A DNA stretch of 64,000 nucleotides from an uncultured virus (IMG/VR IMGVR_UViG_3300006802_013268) (Duplodnaviria; Heunggongvirae; Uroviricota; Caudoviricetes), in the IMG/VR virus record IMGVR_UViG_3300006802_013268; one strand, 5' to 3'. Positions 28,377-37,518 of this stretch are shown here, in pieces (position 1 is the stretch's first letter; each line of letters opens with the position of its first letter). The notes beneath the pieces were generated by a model. It saw only the letters and a program-made list of their open reading frames with translations. It had not been told where the DNA came from and ran no database searches. Both the position numbers and the translations under genes were made by a program.

Positions 28377-29255
28377 TTAGTCCTCTTCTGCTAATTTAGC
28401 AAAATACGACATTGCATCGTCTTCATCGTCGCCAGAAATTTCTGGTGCTGGTGCTGCTTTAGCAACAACAGGTTCTTCCATCTGCTCAAGTTCAGGATGA
28501 TAACCTTGATTATTTGCTTCGCCAAGAACCATCAATAATCGTGCTTGTAATTCAGCATACGACTTATAGTTCTCTGGATCAGTAAACTCGTTGAGGTTAT
28601 GTAGAGATTCGTAAATACTTTCCAGTTCAGAATCATCTTCTGATAAAACAGAAGGAGAAGAGAACTCGGACTTATCGTAATTACGATATCCTTCTACGTT
28701 GCGGATCTTCAGTTTAAATGAAGCACCTTCCCAAAAGTCAAAAGGATTGATTGGATCTTCGTCAGCAAATTGTGGTTGCATAACATCCATAATTTTGTCG
28801 AAGATTTTTTTACCGAAAGTGAATAGCATTACTTTGCCTTCATTTTCGGGATTAGCAGGATCTGATTCAACCAGAACATTTGCTACATAATGCAATCGAC
28901 GCTTGCGCTCACGAGCAATTTCTTTATCACGTTCATTACCAGAGTTCCAAAGTTTGGAGTTTGATTCTGAAACGGGATCCTGTTGACCAATAGAAGTCAA
29001 TGACTTTTCGATGTACCATTGACCAGTTGGTCCTTTAAATCCATGATCCCAATAACGAACCCATGGGAGTTCATTACCTTCTGCCGCAGGAAGAAAACGT
29101 AGTACGGCATAACCATTTCCTGCCTTGTCGACAGTAGGTTTCCATTGACGCTCATCTGCGTAGGATTTTTGGACTTTCTGTTCGCCGTCACCTGCCGCTG
29201 CGACAAGTTTAGCGATTGAGTTTGCGCGATCGCGCTTTAGTGTTGCAAAAGACAT
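28377..29255 (-). CDS. Single-stranded DNA-binding protein gp32
   Basis: DKAGNGYAVLRFLP, HGFKGPTGQWYIE, GKKIFDKI, NPFDFWEGA, NYDKSEF, acidic SYFAKLAEED tail. Confidence 0.97.
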   Translation of the reverse strand: MSFATLKRDRANSIAKLVAAAGDGEQKVQKSYADERQWKPTVDKAGNGYAVLRFLPAAEGNELPWVRYWDHGFKGPTGQWYIEKSLTSIGQQDPVSESNSKLWNSGNERDKEIARERKRRLHYVANVLVESDPANPENEGKVMLFTFGKKIFDKIMDVMQPQFADEDPINPFDFWEGASFKLKIRNVEGYRNYDKSEFSSPSVLSEDDSELESIYESLHNLNEFTDPENYKSYAELQARLLMVLGEANNQGYHPELEQMEEPVVAKAAPAPEISGDDEDDAMSYFAKLAEED

Positions 29256-29326
29256 AAGTATTACCTCGTATTACATTGTATGTTTAGTATGTTTTATTAT
29301 CCACAAAATTCATCATATAGAAGTAT

Positions 29327-29355
29327 ATAGTACATAAATTCTTTTTAGATGTCAA
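29327..29355 (-). promoter_or_regulatory. Sigma70-type promoter upstream of gp32
   Basis: TTGACA-17 nt-TACTAT, followed by an A-rich unstructured leader. Confidence 0.8.
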
Positions 29356-29587
29356 GTGGTAATTTGTTTGACTTTGGAATAAAGTTTAATTGTTTTGCTT
29401 CTTCTTCCAAATGTAGTTCGATTGATTGAGAAATAAATTTCTTGATGTCTTCAATCTCAAGATTTAATTGTTCGCAAAGGTGAACAATAGCATCAATATA
29501 TGAGAGCTTTTTAGTAAGAACTTCTTTCTCTACCAGCATAGAAAATTTCTTTTTAGTTATCATAATTCCGTCTAAATTCATTCCCAT
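29345..29587 (-). CDS. Late transcription coactivator gp33
   Basis: FS..VE......SYIDAIVHLCE..NLEIE...EA..LNF. Confidence 0.9.
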   Translation of the reverse strand: MGMNLDGIMITKKKFSMLVEKEVLTKKLSYIDAIVHLCEQLNLEIEDIKKFISQSIELHLEEEAKQLNFIPKSNKLPLDI

Positions 29588-30303
29588 ATTCCTTGTATGT
29601 CTGGATAGTAAAATCCCTTTGTTCTTTTTACGTTACCTTCATTATCATAAGCAAGAGATTTAACAACCCACATAATTTTACTTTCTCGTTTCTCGCCAAA
29701 ACGACTATCATTCCAAATCCCAGTTCTTAGATAGTTTTGCATATTTGCGACATATGTTAAAGCAGTTTGATAACGAATTCTTATGTTTATATCGTTCGAC
29801 TCAGCATCATGTTTAGAGTTTTGAAGATATGCTTTCCAAGTATCAATCCAACCTTTGACTTTATCTGGATGTAGAAAATAGTCCGGTTCTCTATTTGAAA
29901 CTGATTCGTGTATTGCAGGGTCAGGAGTATTTTTACGTTTTAATTCTTCTGCCCGCATCAACAAAGGAAAGAGATTTTTTCTAAGACTATTATAAATCTT
30001 TTCTGGTATAAAACCAAGTCTAACTGCTTTCCAACCATGTTTACCAAAAGAAATTAGATACACGTCTGGTATTATCTCAACTGCTTCACGTACATCCCAA
30101 CCAGAATATTCTCGCAACCATTTTTTTAACCAATGAAGATATTCTCTATCTGTTATTTCGTGGTGTACAAATTCTTCACAAGCAACAAAAGCAGCAAGTT
30201 TTTCTTCTTCGGTATTAGCAAGTTTCAACTTGTCCCAATTAGGTTCTGGGACAAGGGTCTTCTTTTTCTTAGGGATAAAAGTGCCTTTTTTCTTTTTAGG
30301 CAT
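29578..30303 (-). CDS. Conserved hypothetical T4-like phage protein
   Basis: 241 aa, coupled to gp33; YLRTGIWNDSRFGE motif. Confidence 0.6.
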   Translation of the reverse strand: MPKKKKGTFIPKKKKTLVPEPNWDKLKLANTEEEKLAAFVACEEFVHHEITDREYLHWLKKWLREYSGWDVREAVEIIPDVYLISFGKHGWKAVRLGFIPEKIYNSLRKNLFPLLMRAEELKRKNTPDPAIHESVSNREPDYFLHPDKVKGWIDTWKAYLQNSKHDAESNDINIRIRYQTALTYVANMQNYLRTGIWNDSRFGEKRESKIMWVVKSLAYDNEGNVKRTKGFYYPDIQGIWE

Positions 30304-31072
30304 TTCTTAACTCGTCGTTGATATCTACAACTGCGTCCAATAGAGGACTTTCTTTCGCAAGATTTCTCAACGCAGAAATGTCTTTAGGAAGACAATGTCC
30401 GCCATATCCAAACTTACCATCTGGTCCGGGAACCTGAGTGTGAGACCTACCAATCCTTGCATCCATACACGCAAGATCAACCATCTGGTCAAATCCTTCA
30501 AACCCAAGACTATGATATATTCTATACATCTCGTTAAAGAAAGTAACTTTGGTCGCTAGAAAACAATTCTCAACGTATTTAGCAAACGCTGCTTGTTCTA
30601 GTGTCCCGTATTTAACGTCTTTCAAATTAGGCAAACACGCTCGAAAAAATTCGTCCCACCAACGACAATCATCACCACCGTAAATAGCAAATGTTTGGTT
30701 AAGAAATTCTTGAGTTGGATCACCATGCGCATGACTGCCTCGCAGAAACTCGGGTGAGTAAGTATAACTGCCTTTGAATGCTTTGGCGTATTGACTCAAC
30801 CAAACAGGATCTACTGCCGATTTAATCAAATACTTTGTATCTCCGTATTTTTGAAAGACTTCTTTGACATGATCGGTATTACATGTACCATCCTTTCTCA
30901 TAGGTGTCGCAACACAAACTACTACGCCATCTGGTGTGTCAAGAAGTACCGGATCAACTTCATATCCTTTCGCATGATCATCAATAAAATAATCAATTTC
31001 GCCTGGATGTTGTATCGTTGCCTCTACAACTGCCTGTCCAACTGGACCATAACCAGCAACTACAATTTTCAA
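30296..31072 (-). CDS. UDP-glucose/GDP-mannose dehydrogenase family protein, lacking the C-terminal domain
   Basis: GYGPVG Rossmann motif, CVATP, SPEFLR, KYVENCFLATKVTFFNE, D.RIG, GYGGHCLPKD catalytic Cys; probable TTG start at 31072. Confidence 0.88.
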   Translation of the reverse strand: MKIVVAGYGPVGQAVVEATIQHPGEIDYFIDDHAKGYEVDPVLLDTPDGVVVCVATPMRKDGTCNTDHVKEVFQKYGDTKYLIKSAVDPVWLSQYAKAFKGSYTYSPEFLRGSHAHGDPTQEFLNQTFAIYGGDDCRWWDEFFRACLPNLKDVKYGTLEQAAFAKYVENCFLATKVTFFNEMYRIYHSLGFEGFDQMVDLACMDARIGRSHTQVPGPDGKFGYGGHCLPKDISALRNLAKESPLLDAVVDINDELRNA

Positions 31073-31377
31073 TTCAATACTCCAAGCGTCCAATTTTCTG
31101 CAGTGTCTTCTGCATACTGTTCACTATGATTAGTAACATCTACTGTTTTGATATATTTTTTATTTTCGTACAGTTCTACCATAAACCCCTTTTCGCTTTT
31201 CACTACAACGCCTTCACGTCTACCGTCAGCAGAAAAATATCGAGAAAGTTCTTCTGTGATAATTCCTCGTTGATGTTCGTGTTTCATATTTTTACCTCCG
31301 AATATAAGATCCCATTGAATATCGAATTCAGACTGGGATATTTCCATTGGACGCCTCTTGCTGCCCTTTCCGTTCAT
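31069..31377 (-). CDS. Hypothetical phage protein (internal start possible at 31287)
   Basis: MNGKGSKRRP...WDLIF in frame with HSEQYAEDTAENW domain. Confidence 0.6.
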   Translation of the reverse strand: MNGKGSKRRPMEISQSEFDIQWDLIFGGKNMKHEHQRGIITEELSRYFSADGRREGVVVKSEKGFMVELYENKKYIKTVDVTNHSEQYAEDTAENWTLGVLN

Positions 31378-31924
31378 AATCTTGCCACCATGTAGGTTTA
31401 TCTCGTTTTGTCCAAACAGCAAAATCTTTTTTTGCTGTCCAATAATAATTTCTGTATGATTTGATAGAATCGCCTGGAACAATGCATTCGGGGAATTGAG
31501 TCATTGCTGGAGGTGGTTCTGTAAAAGGTCCATCAGAAATATTCGCTGGTGCATCAATTAGATATATTTGCAAATCTTGTATTGATTTATGCATCTTCCC
31601 ATATCTATATGTGAATTCTCTACCGAGCGACATCCAAAGTTTGTATAACCAATCATAGTTTGCTTTAGATTTTCTAACCCATTTAGCAGAAGGATGGTTT
31701 ATATGAGCTGCTAAGTAAAGCTTTTGATTTAGTTCACCTTCTTCAAGGAAGAATCTTGAGACTTTTCTACCTGTAGTAGATCTGCCTTCCCAATAGGTTC
31801 CATCTAAAACGCGATGTGCGGTAGAAAGTAGTTGAGCATATTCGACATTCATTTTAACAACATGTTTGTCAACATGTTCTATTGCACATTTTTCTGGTTC
31901 TTCTGATAAGAAAAATACGTTCAT
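31328..31924 (-). CDS. Pyrimidine dimer DNA glycosylase / endonuclease V-like protein
   Basis: MNVFFL..CA..HVDKHVVKM..EYAQLLSTAH, HINHPSAKW, YRYGK.H, PPPAM, YRNYY. Confidence 0.82.
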   Translation of the reverse strand: MNVFFLSEEPEKCAIEHVDKHVVKMNVEYAQLLSTAHRVLDGTYWEGRSTTGRKVSRFFLEEGELNQKLYLAAHINHPSAKWVRKSKANYDWLYKLWMSLGREFTYRYGKMHKSIQDLQIYLIDAPANISDGPFTEPPPAMTQFPECIVPGDSIKSYRNYYWTAKKDFAVWTKRDKPTWWQDYERKGQQEASNGNIPV

Positions 31925-32655
31925 TTTATTTCCATCAAATTTTCTGTATATAGTTTACGGTTTAATAAAAAGGATGTCAAATTATTTTTTCGTTTCTTTT
32001 TTAGAAGATTTGGATGAATAAAAATGGTATCGTATCTCCAATTCTCAACAGGAATATATCCAATTATATCATGTAATGCAGATATAAACTCTTGTTCTCT
32101 CTTGTTTTTACCATTTTCTAGGACGACAACTGGTTTGTATTTGCCTATAGTATATCTTGCCCCTCGCAGAATAGAGAGTTCTTCGCCTTCAGCATCAATT
32201 TTTAAAAGATCTACATCTTCAATTTGAAATTTATCTAGAAAAGTACATGAAACTTCTTCTTTATATCCTCCTAGATTAGTCTTTAATGTTTCAAATTGGT
32301 TTTCTCGTAAGGTGGAATATCCACTCCACTTAGCAAAAAACGCTGTTCGTTTTTCATCTTTATCCGTAAGACCAGTTACATAATGCGTTATGTTATTAAA
32401 ACCAGAAGTGTTTTTTACAAAACATTCAGAGAGAGTTTTGTTCATATCAAAACTATGAACATGATTGAAATTTTTGGCAAGAGGTAATGTTGTTGCACCA
32501 TAAGCGCACCCAATGTCTATTGCAGTTCTCATATGATTGCAATATGACATGGTTTTAAACATTAGTCCATCTTGCCAGGGTTGGGTGGTGTTCCAAAGAT
32601 CATACCCCATATCGGTTTCTTCTTCTATTAGATACCAACCGTTTTTAAATTTCAT
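31921..32655 (-). CDS. FkbM family methyltransferase
   Basis: AIDIGCAYG, VDLLKIDAEGEELSILRGA, KPVVVLE. Confidence 0.88.
   Translation of the reverse strand: MKFKNGWYLIEEETDMGYDLWNTTQPWQDGLMFKTMSYCNHMRTAIDIGCAYGATTLPLAKNFNHVHSFDMNKTLSECFVKNTSGFNNITHYVTGLTDKDEKRTAFFAKWSGYSTLRENQFETLKTNLGGYKEEVSCTFLDKFQIEDVDLLKIDAEGEELSILRGARYTIGKYKPVVVLENGKNKREQEFISALHDIIGYIPVENWRYDTIFIHPNLLKKKRKNNLTSFLLNRKLYTENLMEIK
31952..31980 (-). promoter_or_regulatory. Sigma70-type promoter
   Basis: TTGACA-17 nt-TAAACT upstream of the DenV-like gene. Confidence 0.7.
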
Positions 32656-32661
32656 TTTTTC

Positions 32662-32922
32662 TTACGAGATCTTAGATCTTCTTAATAGAGACATTTGAGT
32701 TCTACGGTACTTTCTATTAGAACCATCTTCATTTTGCACACGATAACGAGGATCAGGTTTTTTTGGAAGATTTTCCGGCGAATCTTTGTGTTTCTCAATA
32801 AGATGATTGTACAGCATACCAAGAATTGTTTTATTGTGCCAAGAAAGACTATTATACAATTTCTTAGAGATATTATCAAACTTACCTACTTTCCGAAGAA
32901 GTTTTGCTTTCTTACCGTTCAT
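32662..32922 (-). CDS. Hypothetical basic protein
   Basis: MNGKKAKLLRK start, fits gene packing. Confidence 0.55.
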   Translation of the reverse strand: MNGKKAKLLRKVGKFDNISKKLYNSLSWHNKTILGMLYNHLIEKHKDSPENLPKKPDPRYRVQNEDGSNRKYRRTQMSLLRRSKIS

Positions 32923-33067
32923 TAGTTTTCCTTACAAAAGTTACATATTCAGTTTTGTGGTGAGGATAATTTTCCTCTTTTTTGTTTTTACGAGAAACAG
33001 CATATCCGCTTTCGTCTTCAAAAACCTCTACGATTGTACCACCATTAAGTTTATCACCAACTTTCAT
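32912..33067 (-). CDS. Small hypothetical protein (51 aa)
   Basis: Manual translation MKVGDKLNGGTIVEVFEDESG...; TAATG-coupled, fills the gap. Confidence 0.5.
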   Translation of the reverse strand: MKVGDKLNGGTIVEVFEDESGYAVSRKNKKEENYPHHKTEYVTFVRKTNER

Positions 33068-33474
33068 TATACTTCCTCTAAGAGAATACCATTATGAATG
33101 ATTACTTCGGGATCTAATTCTTCCCAACCGTTATCGTCAAACCACATGTGTCCATCTTCCCACCAACCTTCTTGAATTTCCTCCTGCTCTGATTCATCGT
33201 CAATGTTGTAGAATTCCCAGTCTTCAGAACAACCGTCCCAAGTCTCCAGGAACTCTAGTTCTTGGAATTCATAGATCTCGATCGACTCGCCGTTCAATCC
33301 ATCCTGAAGATATTTAATTTCGTCTTCATTCATCGGCGTTACATTCCAGGAACCACTGCGCCAGCAGGTTTCGATTACTGCTTGCTTCTTTCCCTTTTTC
33401 TTGTACTCGATCTCAATGACGCTTTTCTTATAAGCGTTCATCATGCGATAGGTCTTACCAATCTCAATGTTCAT
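33067..33474 (-). CDS. Hypothetical acidic Trp-rich protein
   Basis: 135 aa, KKSVIE..WRSG..TWDGC motifs. Confidence 0.6.
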   Translation of the reverse strand: MNIEIGKTYRMMNAYKKSVIEIEYKKKGKKQAVIETCWRSGSWNVTPMNEDEIKYLQDGLNGESIEIYEFQELEFLETWDGCSEDWEFYNIDDESEQEEIQEGWWEDGHMWFDDNGWEELDPEVIIHNGILLEEV

Positions 33475-34147
33475 TTAGCATCTCCACTGCTTTAACTACA
33501 TCAGGGAAATGAACCCCAAGGATTTCCCAACACTTGTCGGCAACCTCAATATGCTCTGCCTGAGTTCCGTGTGCTCGCCTCAGTTCGCAATAATGCACCC
33601 AGGAGCGTAACGTCCCTGCCATATACAAAGTAGTCTCAGTGAGACCCTCAGGAAGCAGTGCACGTGCTTGTTCTTTAGCAATGCCATTATTCAGCGCCAT
33701 CTCATAGTAGTCTTTAGCAACCTTGGCAACCTCTGCTTGCATTTCGTTAAAGACTTCTTGTGCTTTCTTTTGCTTGCTTGGGTCTTCATCTACCATTGAC
33801 AACTGTCGATTCGTAGGATGCTGTTTACGTGCTTCTCGCGTAGTTACAAACCCTTCGCTTACCGCATAACGCTGAGAAAACTCTTGGAATGAGAACGACC
33901 GATGCCTTAGGATTTGCCTAGAGATATCTCGGGTTGTTTTAATTTCCATTGTGACTGAAACCATCTCGAATGGAGACCAGTGACCTTCTTTAATAAGATA
34001 ACGTAACAACTTTGGTGCAGTCTTCTCATTGTTCTGGTTACTGGGGTTGCTCACCCGAGCAGCATAGGCAATCAATTCGTTAGCAGAATGACAACCAGTG
34101 GTTGCGCTGGGCATTGTCATGCCTACAAGACTCACTTCACATGTCAT
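33464..34147 (-). CDS. thyX: Flavin-dependent thymidylate synthase
   Basis: ARVS, HWSPFE, RQILRHRSFSFQEFSQRY, AKEQARALLP; start estimated. Confidence 0.96.
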   Translation of the reverse strand: MTCEVSLVGMTMPSATTGCHSANELIAYAARVSNPSNQNNEKTAPKLLRYLIKEGHWSPFEMVSVTMEIKTTRDISRQILRHRSFSFQEFSQRYAVSEGFVTTREARKQHPTNRQLSMVDEDPSKQKKAQEVFNEMQAEVAKVAKDYYEMALNNGIAKEQARALLPEGLTETTLYMAGTLRSWVHYCELRRAHGTQAEHIEVADKCWEILGVHFPDVVKAVEMLNEH

Positions 34148-34346
34148 ATTGTCCATCCTCATAAGTTCCGGGCACACTGTTGTATGCAATTACACGTTTA
34201 AATGCTTCAACCAAGGTAGTATCACGAATACTATCAACGTTCATAGTATCTACGAAATCTTCCAGTTGTTCAATCAATGCGTTGCGAATCAATAGATCGA
34301 ACGCATTTTCATTAAAATCACTTCGGGTTATCATCAAATTCTCCAT
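34137..34346 (-). CDS. Hypothetical protein
   Basis: 69 aa overlapping neighbours in operon fashion. Confidence 0.55.
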   Translation of the reverse strand: MENLMITRSDFNENAFDLLIRNALIEQLEDFVDTMNVDSIRDTTLVEAFKRVIAYNSVPGTYEDGQYDM

Positions 34347-34509
34347 TACTAGACCAGATTATGTTACCGTTTTCGTCGGACAATGTCAAGGTTACAGTGG
34401 CAGTGTCGCCTAAGTTCATCAAAACTTCATCCAATAAATCCCACTCATTTTCTTGAATCTGTTCTAATCTGCGTTGACGATAGTCACAAAAACTAACTAC
34501 ATTGCTCAT
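34318..34509 (-). CDS. Hypothetical protein
   Basis: MSNVVSF.DYR start, ATGA-coupled. Confidence 0.55.
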   Translation of the reverse strand: MSNVVSFCDYRQRRLEQIQENEWDLLDEVLMNLGDTATVTLTLSDENGNIIWSSNGEFDDNPK

Positions 34510-35348
34510 GTTTTATCCTCAGGTTTAATTGTTGGGAACCATCCTTGTTCATACCTTCTTAACATTTGTTTTTTGAGTTCTCCGCCAGAATAATGTAAGA
34601 AATTACTTTCTAGCAATTGTTCTGGATTAGCATAATGTGGACTGTCATTCCATGTTTGATCAAGGAAGTTCATATCCATATCATGTTTAACGCACTGTGC
34701 GCTTATATAAAATTGATCATTGTTTGCCCAGGCTGGTAACTTTAATTCAATCCCATTATTAAACCATCGTTCCCAGTGATCCCATTTTTCTCTAGCTTTT
34801 ACTCTGGCATCTTTCGACCAAACGAGAACACCAGTATTATAACAAAGAACTCGAGATGGATTATTTGGCGGCAAAACCATTGCATCCTCAATGGATACTT
34901 CGTTTGCTTCATAGGCAGAAACTAAAGTCTGAAAAGAACTTTGTTTAATATCCCATGCAGCATATGGATATTTTCCCCTGTCATCTTTAATATCGCTTTC
35001 CAACACACCACTTATTTCTCCAGTATGTTGATCAAATATATTTTCTTTTGTATTGCAAACAATATCAGTGTCGACATACAAAACATTTTCATAAGAATCA
35101 AAGAAGGGATCCATCCAAAGACCAGCAATATTGTAAAAGAATTTCAAGTAGTGTTTAACAGAAGATTCTGGAAAATAATCTTGATCAGTAAAATAATACT
35201 CTGCTCCAATATCTTTAGCATATTGCTGGAATGATCTTGAACTTATGTCTTTTACTTTATTATAAAATTCGTGACGAGGCAATCCATCAAGATTGCTACG
35301 ATCGTCAACTGACGGATCGCTCATTTGATATTGAAATACCAGGTTCAT
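34506..35348 (-). CDS. Glycosyltransferase (GT8/GT34-like, GT-A fold)
   Basis: YENVLYVDTD (DxD), YNTGVLVW, NDQ, LHY. Confidence 0.75.
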   Translation of the reverse strand: MNLVFQYQMSDPSVDDRSNLDGLPRHEFYNKVKDISSRSFQQYAKDIGAEYYFTDQDYFPESSVKHYLKFFYNIAGLWMDPFFDSYENVLYVDTDIVCNTKENIFDQHTGEISGVLESDIKDDRGKYPYAAWDIKQSSFQTLVSAYEANEVSIEDAMVLPPNNPSRVLCYNTGVLVWSKDARVKAREKWDHWERWFNNGIELKLPAWANNDQFYISAQCVKHDMDMNFLDQTWNDSPHYANPEQLLESNFLHYSGGELKKQMLRRYEQGWFPTIKPEDKT

Positions 35349-35557
35349 TTAGGGTCACCTGACGCTGGACGAAACAAAGACATCATATGTTTATATGCTT
35401 CTGGGTATTTGTCACGAGGATATCGCCATTTATTCCCATTATGCTCGAGAACAAAGTTTCCTTTTTTAGTGCACTTCAATGTCAGAGAGGTATCTTTCGT
35501 CGATGAGTTCCCTGTTTTTGAGGTGCTGCTCTTGGATGTCTTCTTTGCTTTGCCCAT
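35345..35557 (-). CDS. Small hypothetical protein (true start probably downstream)
   Basis: C-terminal half fills the gap between nuclease and glycosyltransferase. Confidence 0.4.
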   Translation of the reverse strand: MGKAKKTSKSSTSKTGNSSTKDTSLTLKCTKKGNFVLEHNGNKWRYPRDKYPEAYKHMMSLFRPASGDPK

Positions 35558-35903
35558 AATATTCTACTGCCATATGTTTCTCAATCATCATAGTGTTCAC
35601 AGAACGCCATGCATCTTTATCTTCGTCATATACGATAAACTCACCAAGGATGCGACCAAACTTACCAGTTGCATCTTTATGAGTTTTTAGGGTTCCTTCT
35701 TTTCCAAGTTTGGACTTGAGATATTCTTTTGCAATGAGTCCGTACTTCTTTTCCACTTCATCTCTAGTACGTGACTCAGGAGTATCAATACCGTAAAGGC
35801 GAATACGCTGATCGGTAAGAACAACATCAAAACCAAGATCAATGTCAACGTCGACAGTATCTCCGTCGACAACTTTTTTAATTTTGCACCTATATTCATA
35901 CAT
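35466..35903 (-). CDS. Thermonuclease/SNase-like nuclease
   Basis: MYEY..KVVDGDTVDVDIDLGF...RIRLYGIDTPESRT...GKFGRILG. Confidence 0.9.
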   Translation of the reverse strand: MYEYRCKIKKVVDGDTVDVDIDLGFDVVLTDQRIRLYGIDTPESRTRDEVEKKYGLIAKEYLKSKLGKEGTLKTHKDATGKFGRILGEFIVYDEDKDAWRSVNTMMIEKHMAVEYYGQSKEDIQEQHLKNRELIDERYLSDIEVH

Positions 35904-35913
35904 CGTCATTTTC

Positions 35914-35953
35914 TCCATCGGACTGTTTGTACAGCGTATATTTATCCGATGGA
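35914..35953 (-). promoter_or_regulatory. RBS-sequestering hairpin with embedded late-promoter variant (GATAAATA)
   Basis: Perfect 9-bp inverted repeat 35914-35922 / 35945-35953 covers GGA of the nuclease GGAG; GATAAATA at 35939-35946. Confidence 0.6.
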
Positions 35954-36017
35954 TTTAGACCATATATGCAACCACAGATGCCTACAAGTAGAAAGAAAGA
36001 AACCCCTAGAATTTCTA

Positions 36018-36767
36018 TCATCTCATGTGTCCTATCATCATATTTAAAATCATAGACCTTGGTTTCTTTTCAAAGGCGATCATACTTTCATAAAAAGAAA
36101 TGCTGTCAAGATTACTTTGCCAATAATTTGGTCTCTCTATTGCATCATTGTAGAAATCTTGTTCCAATTGTTTGTCTGAAAGACGAGTCATGTGAAAATT
36201 CCACAATTTTTTGTTTTTCAATCTTTGCATTTCTTTAGTTAAACTTAAAGCATAATTAAAGAAACTGTGTTCTTCGTTTCCTTTCTCAGTATGTCCATTA
36301 TGATCTGGCCAAAAAGAAGTATGAAGATCTTCAACAATATATGTTGCGGTATCTTTTATTTTTGGGAACAAATAATCAAATGTTATTTTTTGTTGGTATG
36401 ATATATGGGATCCATCATCAATAACAATATCAATTTCAGGATATTTGTCAAGGATTTTGTCCAGGTCTTCTGTATTTTGTTGACGACCAATAAAAAAATC
36501 AATTCCACCTAACTGCTCTACTTTATCTACAAGTTCATGCTTAAAAATGTCTAATCCAATTATTGTACTGTTTTTACCAAAATATTTTTTCCAAAGTTCT
36601 AGACTCCCACCTCCTTGGACTCCAATTTCTAAAACAGTCACCCAGTCGCGATTAAGATATTTCTCCAGATGTTTCTGGTATGCCGAAAAATAGGGAGACC
36701 ATTTGTTGGATTTACCAAGTACAACATCGTTTAAATAGATTTTTTCTAATGACATAGTTATGACCAC
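36018..36767 (-). CDS. Class I SAM-dependent O-methyltransferase
   Basis: VLEIGVQGGGSLELWKKYF, DIVIDDGSH, YIVEDLHTS. Confidence 0.85.
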   Translation of the reverse strand: MVITMSLEKIYLNDVVLGKSNKWSPYFSAYQKHLEKYLNRDWVTVLEIGVQGGGSLELWKKYFGKNSTIIGLDIFKHELVDKVEQLGGIDFFIGRQQNTEDLDKILDKYPEIDIVIDDGSHISYQQKITFDYLFPKIKDTATYIVEDLHTSFWPDHNGHTEKGNEEHSFFNYALSLTKEMQRLKNKKLWNFHMTRLSDKQLEQDFYNDAIERPNYWQSNLDSISFYESMIAFEKKPRSMILNMMIGHMR

Positions 36768-37423
36768 TGTAATATGCTGACTGCCTTGAGTCTTATTATG
36801 ATCATATATTTTGTACCCGAAGGAGCAAACTCATCATAATAAGCATTGTATGGAAGATCTGGTAACTGTACAGGGAGATGATGCAAATATTGTGGTTGCA
36901 TTTCTTCCGGAGAGGTTTTCTCAAGATGTTTCATGATCTTCGAATGATATTTAGTTGGGAAAGACCAAAAAATATCAGCAACCCCACGTATAGTTTTCTT
37001 CTTAAACCACATTTCTCTTACGCCGTCTGCAAGTTCCCAATGTAAGAATGTGACATCCGTTTCGTTTATTTCTGGCCAATCACACTCTACCCATAGATCA
37101 GGACGAGTGACAACAATTACATCATATTTTTCTGGGTCTATTTGCCGCAATCCTGCAGCAATTGTACCTCTTTGACTAACGTCATCAGGAACCACAACTG
37201 TTCCAACAACAGAATGAAATCGATTTATGTACTCAGGCAATACGGGAGAAGGGTGAGTTGAAAGGTAAATATCAGCGTCGTGAGGAATTTTATCGTGTAA
37301 ATTTCCAGTATCAAAATGCGTTCCATTACGAGACGATATTCGAATGTTTTTTTCTCGCAGACCCTTACCAATGACTTTGGTAATTTGATAATGATGTCCT
37401 GCTAATAAAACTGCTACTTTCAT
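36758..37423 (-). CDS. Hypothetical, putative glycan-synthesis protein
   Basis: MKVAVLLAG, DIYLST, YDVIVVTRPDL; similar layout to 44598-45413. Confidence 0.55.
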   Translation of the reverse strand: MKVAVLLAGHHYQITKVIGKGLREKNIRISSRNGTHFDTGNLHDKIPHDADIYLSTHPSPVLPEYINRFHSVVGTVVVPDDVSQRGTIAAGLRQIDPEKYDVIVVTRPDLWVECDWPEINETDVTFLHWELADGVREMWFKKKTIRGVADIFWSFPTKYHSKIMKHLEKTSPEEMQPQYLHHLPVQLPDLPYNAYYDEFAPSGTKYMIIIRLKAVSILQWS

Positions 37424-37437
37424 ACAATCTCCGAAGT

Positions 37438-37514
37438 TGGTCGGGGCAGAGAGATTCGAACTCCCGACCCTCTGCTCCCAAAGCAGATGCGCTACCAGAC
37501 TGCGCTATGCCCCG
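37438..37514 (-). tRNA. tRNA-Pro (TGG)
   Basis: Full cloverleaf; anticodon arm TCTGC-TTTGGGA-GCAGA, GTTCGAATC T-loop, encoded CCA. Confidence 0.97.
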
Positions 37515-37518
37515 AAAT

